Assembly: GCA_963815545.1 (NCBI GenBank)
Contig: CAWFGY010000006.1
Coordinates: 115,348-179,347, forward strand
DNA: 64,000 nucleotides
Direction of reading: 5' to 3'
DNA from: an uncultured Actinomycetota bacterium
GTDB taxonomy: Bacteria; Actinomycetota; Actinomycetes; Actinomycetales; Dermatophilaceae
Part shown: positions 8,070-18,609 of the stretch, piece after piece
Layout of the letters: each line of letters opens with the position of its first letter
Numbering within the stretch: the stretch's first letter is position 1
The notes under the pieces: generated by a model
Told to the model about the DNA's origin: nothing
Database searches by the model: none
Seen by the model: the letters and a program-made list of their open reading frames with translations, nothing else
Program-made: the position numbers and the translations under genes

Positions 8070-9119
8070 ATGAGGCGTTCGGTCCCCCCAGCGATGCGGA
8101 TTGGCGAGCTAGCCACCCGGGTCGGCGTCAGCACGCATGTCCTGCGGGCCTGGGAGTCGCGCTACGGGCTCCTCAACCCGTCCCGGTCCTCCGGCGGCTA
8201 CCGCCTGTACAGCGCCGATGACGAGCGCCGGGTCCGCGAGGTCCTCTCCCTGCGCGACCAGGGAGTCAGCGCGATGGAGGCCTCCCGCCAGGTGCTGGCC
8301 GCCGAGCGTGCCGGCACGGCTGCCCGGACCGGCGCCGACGGCTCCTCCCCGGACGACCGGCTGGCGAGCCCCGACGCGGCGGCCGAGACGAGCCTGCGCC
8401 TCGACCCACCCCTGCTCGTCACCCAGCTGCTCGACGCCATCACCGCGCTCGACGAGGACCGCGCGCACGCCGTCCTCGACACCGCCTTCCTCGACCGCTC
8501 CGTCGAGAGCGCGATCGTCGACGTCCTCGTGCCGTTCTTCGTGCGGGTCGGCGACCAGTGGGAGCTCGGCCGGCTGGGGATCGCCCAGGAGCACTTCGCC
8601 AGCAGCCTCGTGCGCCGGCGCCTCGGTGCGCTGTCGCTGACGTGGGGCCTCGGCACCGGGCCCGTCGCGGTGCTGGCCTGCCCCCCAGGCGAGTTCCACG
8701 ACATCATCCTGCTCAGCTTCGGCGTGCTGCTCGGCCGTGCCGGCTGGCGGGTGCGCTACCTCGGTCCCGACACCCCGATCCCCTCGCTCGCTGCGGCGGC
8801 CCGGCTCGCGAGGCCCGACGCCATCGTCCTGGCCTCCCGGCGCCCGTCCGGGTTCCGCGCGCACGCCGGCGAGCTGCGCGCTCTCGGCGAGACCTATCCG
8901 CTGTGGCTGGCGGGGCGGGGCACCACCCCCCGGGTCCTCGAGGAGATCGACGCCCACCACCTGGGCCCCGACCTCGTCGCGGATGTCGAGCTGCTCACGA
9001 GGACGGCACGCAGCCGCCGCCGCGTCGACGGGCCGGCGTCAGGCCGCGGCGGGCTGCGCGACGACGCCCCGGCCGAGACCCCATCCGAGGTCCGCGCCGA
9101 CTCCGAACCGCACCCGTGA
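8070..9119 (+). CDS. MerR-family regulator with C-terminal B12-binding domain (CarH/LitR-like light-responsive regulator)
   Basis: HTH MRIGELATRVGVSTHVLRAWESRYGL. The C-terminal module has W-x9-EH (WELGRLGIAQEH) and the GEFHD histidine of cobalamin-binding domains. An alternative start is at 8094. Confidence 0.8.
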   Translation: MRRSVPPAMRIGELATRVGVSTHVLRAWESRYGLLNPSRSSGGYRLYSADDERRVREVLSLRDQGVSAMEASRQVLAAERAGTAARTGADGSSPDDRLASPDAAAETSLRLDPPLLVTQLLDAITALDEDRAHAVLDTAFLDRSVESAIVDVLVPFFVRVGDQWELGRLGIAQEHFASSLVRRRLGALSLTWGLGTGPVAVLACPPGEFHDIILLSFGVLLGRAGWRVRYLGPDTPIPSLAAAARLARPDAIVLASRRPSGFRAHAGELRALGETYPLWLAGRGTTPRVLEEIDAHHLGPDLVADVELLTRTARSRRRVDGPASGRGGLRDDAPAETPSEVRADSEPHP

Positions 9120-9160
9120 CCGCGCGGCGGTAGCCGCCGCCGACCCTGCGAGGAGCACCG

Positions 9161-10462
9161 ATGACGACGACACACCAGGGCACCGAGTCGACGACCAGGA
9201 CCCGCGGAGGATCCGCCGGCCGCATCGAGGCGGCGCTGCGCCCACTGCTGGCCGGCCCACTGCCGGTCCGCCTGCGCGCCTGGGACGGCTCGGAGGCCGG
9301 GCCCGAGGACGGCCCCCTCGTGGAGCTCCGCACCCCGCAGGCACTGACCCGGCTGCTCTGGCACCCGGGCGAGCTCGGCGCGGCTCAGGCCTACGTCACC
9401 GGCGAGCTCGAGGTCCACGGCGACGTGGGGACCGCCCTCGACGTGGTCCGCCGAACCGTCGCGGCCCGCGCCATTCCGCCGCTGACCCCGGCTCGCATCG
9501 CCCGGCTGCTGCCCGACCTCGTGCGCCTCGCCCGCGACACCGGGGCGCTCGCCCGCCCGCCGGCGCCGCCCGCCACCCAGGCCGTCGTCAAGGGTCGGCT
9601 GCACTCGCCGGCCCGGGACCGGGCGTCGATCAGCCACCACTACGACCTGTCGAACGAGTTCTACGAGTTCCTCCTCGACCCGCACCTGGCGTACTCGAGC
9701 GCGTACTACGTCGACGGTCCGGACATGCCGCTCGAGGCCGCGCAGGCCGCCAAGCTCGACCTCGTGTGCCGCAAGGTGGGCCTGCGCGCCGGGTCCCGCT
9801 TCCTCGACGTCGGCTGTGGCTGGGGGTCGCTGTCGCTGTACGCCGCCGAGCGCTTCGGAGCCCAGGTCACCGGCGTGACGATCGCCGCCGAGCAGAAGGC
9901 CTTCATCGACGATCGGATCCGGGCGCGCGGGCTCCAGGACCGGGTCGAGATCCAGCTGCGCGACTACCGCGAGGTCGACGACGACCCCTACGACGCCGTC
10001 GCCTCCCTCGAGATGGGCGAGCACGTCGGCGAGAAGAACTACGGCGCCTACGCCTCGGTACTGCACCGCAGCGTCAAGCCGGGCGGGTACGTCCTGGTCC
10101 AGCAGATGTCGCGGCGTGGTGTCCACCCCGGCGGCGGCCCGTTCATCGAGCAGTTCATCGCCCCCGACATGACGATGCGCCCCGTCGGCGAGACGCTGAC
10201 CTTCCTCCAGGACGCCGGGTTCGAGATCCGCGGGGTGCATGCCCTGCGCGAGCACTACGTCTGGACCGTCGACGCCTGGATCCGCACCCTCGAGGAGGGC
10301 TGGGACCGGGCGGTCGAGCTCATCGGCGAGGAGGGCGCGCGCGTGTGGAGGCTGTATCTCGTCGGCAGCGCACAGGCGTTCCGTGACAACCGGATGGGCG
10401 TCGACCAGCTGCTGCTGCGCCGCCCCGGCGGTCCGCTCGTCGTCTCGGACCCGGCCCGATGA
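9161..10462 (+). CDS. Second cyclopropane-fatty-acyl-phospholipid synthase family methyltransferase
   Basis: ORF 433 aa with ISHHYDLSNEFYEFLLDPHLAYSSAYY and LDVGCGWGSLSL. Confidence 0.85.
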   Translation: MTTTHQGTESTTRTRGGSAGRIEAALRPLLAGPLPVRLRAWDGSEAGPEDGPLVELRTPQALTRLLWHPGELGAAQAYVTGELEVHGDVGTALDVVRRTVAARAIPPLTPARIARLLPDLVRLARDTGALARPPAPPATQAVVKGRLHSPARDRASISHHYDLSNEFYEFLLDPHLAYSSAYYVDGPDMPLEAAQAAKLDLVCRKVGLRAGSRFLDVGCGWGSLSLYAAERFGAQVTGVTIAAEQKAFIDDRIRARGLQDRVEIQLRDYREVDDDPYDAVASLEMGEHVGEKNYGAYASVLHRSVKPGGYVLVQQMSRRGVHPGGGPFIEQFIAPDMTMRPVGETLTFLQDAGFEIRGVHALREHYVWTVDAWIRTLEEGWDRAVELIGEEGARVWRLYLVGSAQAFRDNRMGVDQLLLRRPGGPLVVSDPAR

Positions 10463-11259
10463 CGGGCGAGGGCTTCTCGGGCGGCACGCTCGTCGCGGTG
10501 CTGCTGGCCTCGCTCGCGACGTCCGCCGTCGCGATGGGCGTCACGGCGCTCGTCGCGCGACGGACGGGCAAGATCGCCGTCGTCGACATCACCTGGGGTC
10601 TGGTGTTCGTGGCCATCGGGTGGGTCGCCTTCGCGGTCGGCCAGCACTCCGCTCGCTCGCTGCTCCTCGCCGTCCTCGTCACGATCTGGGGCGGCCGGCT
10701 CGCGTGGCACATCCGGGGCCGGGCGCTGGGGCAGGGCGAGGACCCGCGGTACGAGAAGATGCTGCCCGCCGACTCCCAGGAGGAGCGCTGGCGGTCGGCC
10801 TTGGTGCGGGTGTTCGGCACCCAGGGCGCGGCGGCGTGGTTCGTCTCCCTGCCGCTTCAGGTGGCCGCCGCCACGGACTCCCCGCTGGGCTGGGTCGCGG
10901 CGCTCGGGGTGCTCGTGTGGCTGGTCGGGGTGACCTTCGAGTCCGTCGGCGACGCCCAGCTCAAGGCGTTCAAGGCCGACCCCGCGAACAAGGGCAAGGT
11001 CATGGACCGGGGGCTGTGGGCGTGGACCCGGCACCCCAACTACTTCGGCGACTCCGCGATCTGGTGGGGGCTGTGGGTCATCGCGGCCGGCGCCTGGCCG
11101 GGGGTTCTCACCGTCCTGTCGCCGGTCGTCATGACGTACTTCCTCGCGTTCGCGACGGGGGCGCGGCTGCTCGAGTCCGAGATGGCCAAGCGCCCGGGCT
11201 ACCCCGAGTACATGGAGCGGACGAGCATGTTCTTCCCGCTGCCTCCGAAGAAGCGCTGA
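10459..11259 (+). CDS. DUF1295 family membrane protein (steroid 5-alpha-reductase/ICMT-like fold)
   Basis: ORF 266 aa, multi-TM, with C-terminal RHPNYFGDSAIWWGLW. Its ATGA start overlaps the upstream stop. Confidence 0.75.
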   Translation: MTGEGFSGGTLVAVLLASLATSAVAMGVTALVARRTGKIAVVDITWGLVFVAIGWVAFAVGQHSARSLLLAVLVTIWGGRLAWHIRGRALGQGEDPRYEKMLPADSQEERWRSALVRVFGTQGAAAWFVSLPLQVAAATDSPLGWVAALGVLVWLVGVTFESVGDAQLKAFKADPANKGKVMDRGLWAWTRHPNYFGDSAIWWGLWVIAAGAWPGVLTVLSPVVMTYFLAFATGARLLESEMAKRPGYPEYMERTSMFFPLPPKKR

Positions 11260-11260
11260 C

Positions 11261-11722
11261 TCAGCCCCGGCCGAGGCGGCGCAGCACCGAGAGGACCACC
11301 GCGCTCGTCACCGTGCAGACGGTGGTGCCCCACGCCATGTCGATGAGGACGACGTCGAGCGGGAAGTCCTTCAGCACCGCCATCGAGGTGAGGTCGAAGG
11401 TCCCGTACGTGACCAGCCCGAAGGCTGCGGCGTCGCGCAGGCTCGGGCCCAGGGACGCGCGGTCGAGGCCCGGGCGGATGACGAAGTACACGATGCCGAG
11501 CACGAAGACGACGTAGAAGGCGGCCGCAGCGGCCGCGTTCGGGCTCTCGGCGAGCAGGTGCCCGATCCGGTCCTGGTACAGGTCGCCCGACACGACGGTG
11601 AGCCAGAGCCCGTCGAGGACGCCGAACACGAGAGCGGTCAGCGCGACCGCGAGCGCCAGCCGCCGGCCCGCGGACGCAGTGGTGCGGGGGTGCGCGGGCG
11701 TCGTCCGGTCGGGGTCCGTCAT
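11261..11722 (-). CDS. Small 4-TM membrane protein, DUF2177-like
   Basis: 153 aa from MTDPDRTT. The hydrophobic pattern LALAVALTALVFGVLDGLWL... and its position next to the cfa/DUF1295 cluster suggest DUF2177. Confidence 0.5.
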   Translation of the reverse strand: MTDPDRTTPAHPRTTASAGRRLALAVALTALVFGVLDGLWLTVVSGDLYQDRIGHLLAESPNAAAAAAFYVVFVLGIVYFVIRPGLDRASLGPSLRDAAAFGLVTYGTFDLTSMAVLKDFPLDVVLIDMAWGTTVCTVTSAVVLSVLRRLGRG

Positions 11723-11748
11723 GACCGAAGCGTAGATCCCCCGTCGGC

Positions 11749-14626
<2,878 letters not shown>

Positions 14627-14650
14627 CCCAGCCCCACCCCGCCCCCGCCT

Positions 14651-14736
14651 CTTTCCCGACTTTTCATGCCAGCGTCCGCGGGACACGCCGTCTGGACGGG
14701 GTGTCGCGCGGACGGCAGCATGAAAAGTCGGGAAAG
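14651..14736. repeat. 86-nt near-perfect palindromic element (family B, copy 1)
   Basis: Arms 14651-14692 and 14695-14736 (CTTTCCCGACTTTTCATGCC...GGCAGCATGAAAAGTCGGGAAAG), 42 nt each with 5 mismatches. C-rich left flank and G-rich right flank. Confidence 0.9.
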
Positions 14737-14758
14737 CCGGGTGGGGGAGGATGACGCC

Positions 14759-15973
14759 ATGGCCTACGACGTCGAGCACATCCGGTCCCACTTCCCCTCC
14801 CTGACCGACGGCGGGTTGGCGCACTTCGACGGCCCGGGCGGGAGCCAGGTGCCGGACGTCGTCGGTGCCGCCGTCGCGCGGACGATCACGGCGTCGATCA
14901 GCAACAAGGGGACCGTCACCGCGTCCGAACGGCGCGCGAGCGACGTCGTCGCAGCGTGCCGCCAGGCGCTGGCGGACCTGCTGGGCGCCGACCCCCGCGG
15001 CGTCGTCTTCGGCCGCAGCGCGACGGCCCTCACCTACGACCTGGCCCGCGCCCTGGCGAAGCAGTGGGGCCCCGGCGACGAGGTCGTCGTCACCCGCCTC
15101 GACCACGACTCCAACATCCGCCCCTGGGTCCAGGTGGCCGAGGCAGCCGGCGCCACCGTGCGCTGGGCCGACTTCGACCCGGCGACCGGCGAGCTCACCG
15201 TCGCCGACCTCGAGGCGGTCCTCTCCGACCGGACCCGGCTCGTCGCGACGACCGCCGCGTCCAACCTCATCGGGACGCGCCCACCGACCCGCCAGATCTC
15301 CGACGCGGTGCACGCGGTCGGCGCCCTGCACTGGGTCGACGGCGTCCACGCGACCGCCCACGCGTCCGTCGACGTCCAGGCTCTCGGCGCCGACGCGTGG
15401 ACGTGCTCGCCCTACAAGTTCCTCGGTCCCCACTGCGGCGTGCTCGCCGCCGACCCCGGCCTCCTCGAGACCCTCCAGCCCGACAAGCTGCTGCCCTCCT
15501 CGGACGCCGTCCCGGAGCGGTTCGAGCTCGGCACCCTCCCCTACGAGCTGATGGCCGGCACGACGGCAGCGGTCGACTTCCTCGCCGGGCTGGACGACCT
15601 CGACACCCCGGTGGACCCGGCCGACCGCCGCGAGCGGCTGCTCACCTCGTTCGAGGCCCTCGAGAAGCACGAGGAGGCCCTGCTCGCCCGCCTCGAGCCG
15701 GCGCTGCGCGCCATGCCCGGCGTCACCGTCCACTCCAACGCGGGCCGGCGCACCCCCACACTGCTGTTCACCGTCGACGGTCTCGACCCCCAGGACGTCT
15801 ACCGCAGCCTCGCCGAGCACGGCGTCAACGCCCCCGCCAGCAACTTCTACGCACTCGAGGCCTCGCGCCACCTCGGCCTCGGCGATGCCGGCGGGGTGCG
15901 CGTCGGCCTCGCGCCGTACACGAACGACGCCGACGTCGACCGCCTGCTCACCGGGCTGAACGCGCTGCGGTGA
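14759..15973 (+). CDS. Aminotransferase class V (cysteine desulfurase-like) protein
   Basis: 404 aa from MAYDVEHIRSHFPSL, with GGGGGAGG SD. Contains SNLIGT...HWVDGVHATAH...CSPYKFLGPHCG, the PLP-lysine region. Confidence 0.75.
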   Translation: MAYDVEHIRSHFPSLTDGGLAHFDGPGGSQVPDVVGAAVARTITASISNKGTVTASERRASDVVAACRQALADLLGADPRGVVFGRSATALTYDLARALAKQWGPGDEVVVTRLDHDSNIRPWVQVAEAAGATVRWADFDPATGELTVADLEAVLSDRTRLVATTAASNLIGTRPPTRQISDAVHAVGALHWVDGVHATAHASVDVQALGADAWTCSPYKFLGPHCGVLAADPGLLETLQPDKLLPSSDAVPERFELGTLPYELMAGTTAAVDFLAGLDDLDTPVDPADRRERLLTSFEALEKHEEALLARLEPALRAMPGVTVHSNAGRRTPTLLFTVDGLDPQDVYRSLAEHGVNAPASNFYALEASRHLGLGDAGGVRVGLAPYTNDADVDRLLTGLNALR

Positions 15974-15978
15974 CGGCC

Positions 15979-15998
15979 GGGGCGGGGCAACCCGCCCC
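15979..15998. terminator. GC hairpin between convergent genes (putative bidirectional terminator)
   Basis: GGGGCGGG-GCAA-CCCGCCCC. There is no U-tract, as is common in actinobacteria. Confidence 0.45.
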
Positions 15999-16016
15999 GC
16001 CCCGACCGACGCGACG

Positions 16017-16472
16017 TCAGCCGATACAGGCCGGGGTCACCGCGGCACCGGTGACCCACAGGTCCCCGGTGCGGTCGCCCCGCCACTGCATGTGCGCCTT
16101 GGCACGGATCTTGTCGCCGTACATCTGCAGCTCGTTGCAGCCGCGCCGCAGGCTGAGCCCGACGTCCTGCGCCCCGTGCCAGCCGTCGGCGTCGACGGCG
16201 TTGGACGACATGACGTCGACCCAGCGGCCGCCGCTGTACGCCTGGATGCGGACCTCGTCGACGCGGACGTCGACGTTGATCCCGTCTCCGCCCACGTCGG
16301 TGATGACGCCCTCGGCCTGCCAGACGCCGTTGGCGACCGACAGCGACACGCACTTCTTGACCGCGGTGCCCTCGCACGACTCGCCGGCGGCGGAGGCCGC
16401 CCCGGCGGGCACGGCGACAGCGGCCGCCGCGACTGCGGCAACCACCCCGAGGCGACGGATGGATGTGTTCAT
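16017..16472 (-). CDS. Small secreted hypothetical protein (signal peptide, 4 Cys)
   Basis: 151 aa from MNTSIRRLGVVAAVAAAAVAVPAGAASA, with AAGGGGGA SD. I recognise no family. Confidence 0.55.
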   Translation of the reverse strand: MNTSIRRLGVVAAVAAAAVAVPAGAASAAGESCEGTAVKKCVSLSVANGVWQAEGVITDVGGDGINVDVRVDEVRIQAYSGGRWVDVMSSNAVDADGWHGAQDVGLSLRRGCNELQMYGDKIRAKAHMQWRGDRTGDLWVTGAAVTPACIG

Positions 16473-16617
16473 GAAATCCCCCTTCATGTCATGGAGGACC
16501 CCCCAATGGCTCCCCCCGTCAGGGACCGTAGCGGCAGCGGCCGCCGGCGGCAACGGCTGCGGGAACGGGCCGCCCGCACGGCGGCAGGGGATACGAGCGG
16601 TGTGACAGCATCGGCCC

Positions 16618-17673
16618 ATGGTCGCGCTGCTCGAGCCCTTGGAGGCTCCGGTCGAGCCGGTCGACGCCCTGCGCCGCATCGCCTTCCTGCTCGAACGCAC
16701 GCGGGCCGGGACGTACCGGGTCGAGGCCTTCCGCAACGCGGTCAAGACGTTGCGCACACTCGAGCCCGACGAGGTCCGGACCCGAGCCGAGGCCGGCACG
16801 CTGCAGGAGATCGACGGCATCGGGAAGTCGACGTCCGGCGTCATCACCGAGGCACTCACCGGCGAGCTCCCGACGTACCTCGAGTCGCTGCAGCAGAAGG
16901 CCGGCGGTCCGCTCGTCGACGGCGGCGAGGACCTCTACGCCGCGCTCCGGGGCGACGCCCACCTGCACTCGGACTGGAGCGACGGCGGCTCCCCCATCGA
17001 CGAGATGGTCCTCACCGGGGTCGAGCTCGGCCACGAGTGGATGGTGCTCACCGACCACAGCCCGCAGCTGCGGGTCGCCAACGGCCTCACCGTCGACCGG
17101 CTCCGGCAGCAGCTGAAGATCGTCGACGGCGTCAACCGCTCCCTGGCCGGACACTTCACCCTCCTCAAGGGCATCGAGGTCGACATCCTCGACGACGGCG
17201 CCCTCGACCAGACCGAGGAGATGCTCGGCCGGCTCGACGTCGTCACCGCCTCCGTCCACAGCAAGCTGCGGATGAACGCCGAGCCGATGACCCGCCGGAT
17301 GGTCGCTGCCGTCTCGAACCCGCGGGTCAACGTCCTCGGGCACTGCACGGGCCGGCTCGTCGAGGGGTCTCGAGGCACCCGCCCGCAGTCGGAGTTCGAC
17401 GCGCGCGCCGTGTTCGAGGCCTGCGCGGAGCACGGCACGGCGGTCGAGATCAACAGCCGCCCCGAGCGCTGCGACCCGCCGGACGAGCTGGTCACGCTGG
17501 CCCTCGACATCGGCTGCCTCTTCTCGATCGACTCCGACGCGCATGCTCCGGGGCAGCTGGACATGAAGGCGTACGGATGCGCGCGGGCCGAGCGGCTCGG
17601 TGTCCCGGCCGAGCGCATCGTCACGACGTGGGACCTCGACCGCGTCCTCGACTGGGCGGGAGCGTCCCGATGA
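16618..17673 (+). CDS. PHP-domain phosphoesterase with PolX-like N-terminal helix-hairpin-helix region (no polymerase palm)
   Basis: ORF 351 aa. The N-terminus has YRVEAFRNAVKTL...LQEIDGIGKSTSGVI. PHP motifs are GDAHLHSDWSDG, LTDHSP, ASVHS and SIDSDAH. Confidence 0.75.
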   Translation: MVALLEPLEAPVEPVDALRRIAFLLERTRAGTYRVEAFRNAVKTLRTLEPDEVRTRAEAGTLQEIDGIGKSTSGVITEALTGELPTYLESLQQKAGGPLVDGGEDLYAALRGDAHLHSDWSDGGSPIDEMVLTGVELGHEWMVLTDHSPQLRVANGLTVDRLRQQLKIVDGVNRSLAGHFTLLKGIEVDILDDGALDQTEEMLGRLDVVTASVHSKLRMNAEPMTRRMVAAVSNPRVNVLGHCTGRLVEGSRGTRPQSEFDARAVFEACAEHGTAVEINSRPERCDPPDELVTLALDIGCLFSIDSDAHAPGQLDMKAYGCARAERLGVPAERIVTTWDLDRVLDWAGASR

Positions 17674-18089
17674 GCGCCGGCCGGCACGTGTCGGTGGCTC
17701 TCGGCGGTCTGCTGCGGGTCGACCACGAGGGGCCCCGACCACCGTTCGACCAGGTCCGCAGCCAGCTCGCCGAGGCCATCGGCGACGGCCGCCTCCCGGC
17801 GGGGACGAAGCTGCCGACCATCCGGTCCCTCGCCGAGGAGGTCGGCCTCGCGGTCAACACCGTCGCCCGTGCCTACCGCGAGCTCGAGGCGGCGGGGCTC
17901 GTCCTCACCCGGCGCCGGCTGGGGACGGTCGTCTCCCCCGACGGAGCCACGACGTCCCCGGCCGGGGGCGGCCCCGACCCCGCGCTGCGGCTGGCCGCGG
18001 CCGACTACGCCCGGGCGGCGAGGGCCGCGGGCGCGTCGGAGCAGGAGGCCGTCGACCTGGTCCGGGGCGCCTACCGGCGCCTCGGCTGA
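17670..18089 (+). CDS. GntR-family winged-helix transcriptional regulator (short)
   Basis: ATGA overlap with the PHP gene. Contains LPAGTKLPTIRSLAEEVGLAVNTVARAYRELEAAGLV. Confidence 0.75.
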   Translation: MSAGRHVSVALGGLLRVDHEGPRPPFDQVRSQLAEAIGDGRLPAGTKLPTIRSLAEEVGLAVNTVARAYRELEAAGLVLTRRRLGTVVSPDGATTSPAGGGPDPALRLAAADYARAARAAGASEQEAVDLVRGAYRRLG

Positions 18090-18209
18090 GCGCCGATCCC
18101 GACCGCCGCCATCCCCGTTTTGGTCACGGGCTCGGCGTCCCCTATGCTTTCGGAGTCCTCGACGGATCCGAGCCCGGTCTGCGTGACGAAGAGGGTCCGA
18201 CGAGGTCGG

Positions 18210-18282
18210 GTCCCCATCGTCTAGCGGCCCAGGACCCCGCCCTTTCACGGCGGTAGCACGGGTTCGAATCCCGTTGGGGATA
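18210..18282 (+). tRNA. tRNA-Glu (anticodon UUC)
   Basis: GTCCCCATCGTCTAGCGGCCCAGGAC...CCCTTTCACGG...GGTTCGAATCC cloverleaf with anticodon loop CTTTCAC. Confidence 0.9.
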
Positions 18283-18300
18283 CGGTCTTGCACCAGTCAA

Positions 18301-18374
18301 GGCCCCGTAGCGCAGTTGGTTAGCGCGCCGCCCTGTCACGGCGGAGGTCGCGGGTTCGAGTCCCGTCGGGGTCG
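18301..18374 (+). tRNA. tRNA-Asp (anticodon GUC)
   Basis: GGCCCCGTAGCGCAGTTGGTTAGCGC...CCTGTCACGG...GGTTCGAGTCC, with acceptor stem GGCCCCG/CGGGGTC. Confidence 0.9.
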
Positions 18375-18421
18375 CTCCTCCATGTTGGGGCCGGATTCGT
18401 CCGGCCCCGGCGTGTAGGTCC

Positions 18422-18495
18422 GGCCAGGTAGCTCAGTTGGTACGAGCGTCCGACTGAAAATCGGAAGGTCGGCGGTTCGACCCCGCCCCTGGCCA
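18422..18495 (+). tRNA. tRNA-Phe (anticodon GAA), with encoded CCA following
   Basis: GGCCAGGTAGCTCAGTTGGTACGAGC...GACTGAAAATC...GGTTCGACCCC, with acceptor stem GGCCAGG/CCTGGCC and ACCA at 18495-18498. Confidence 0.9.
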
Positions 18496-18505
18496 CCAGT
18501 TCACG

Positions 18506-18537
18506 AAGCCGCAGCCAGCCCCGCTGACTGCGGCTTT
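18506..18537 (+). terminator. Hairpin after the tRNA cluster
   Basis: AAGCCGCAG-13 nt-CTGCGGCTT followed by T. Confidence 0.5.
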
Positions 18538-18609
18538 CGCCGTCGCCGACTCGGGGTCCTCCCTGATGCGCCGCCCCGCGGCCCGGGGTCGATCCCCGGC
18601 AAAAACCTG

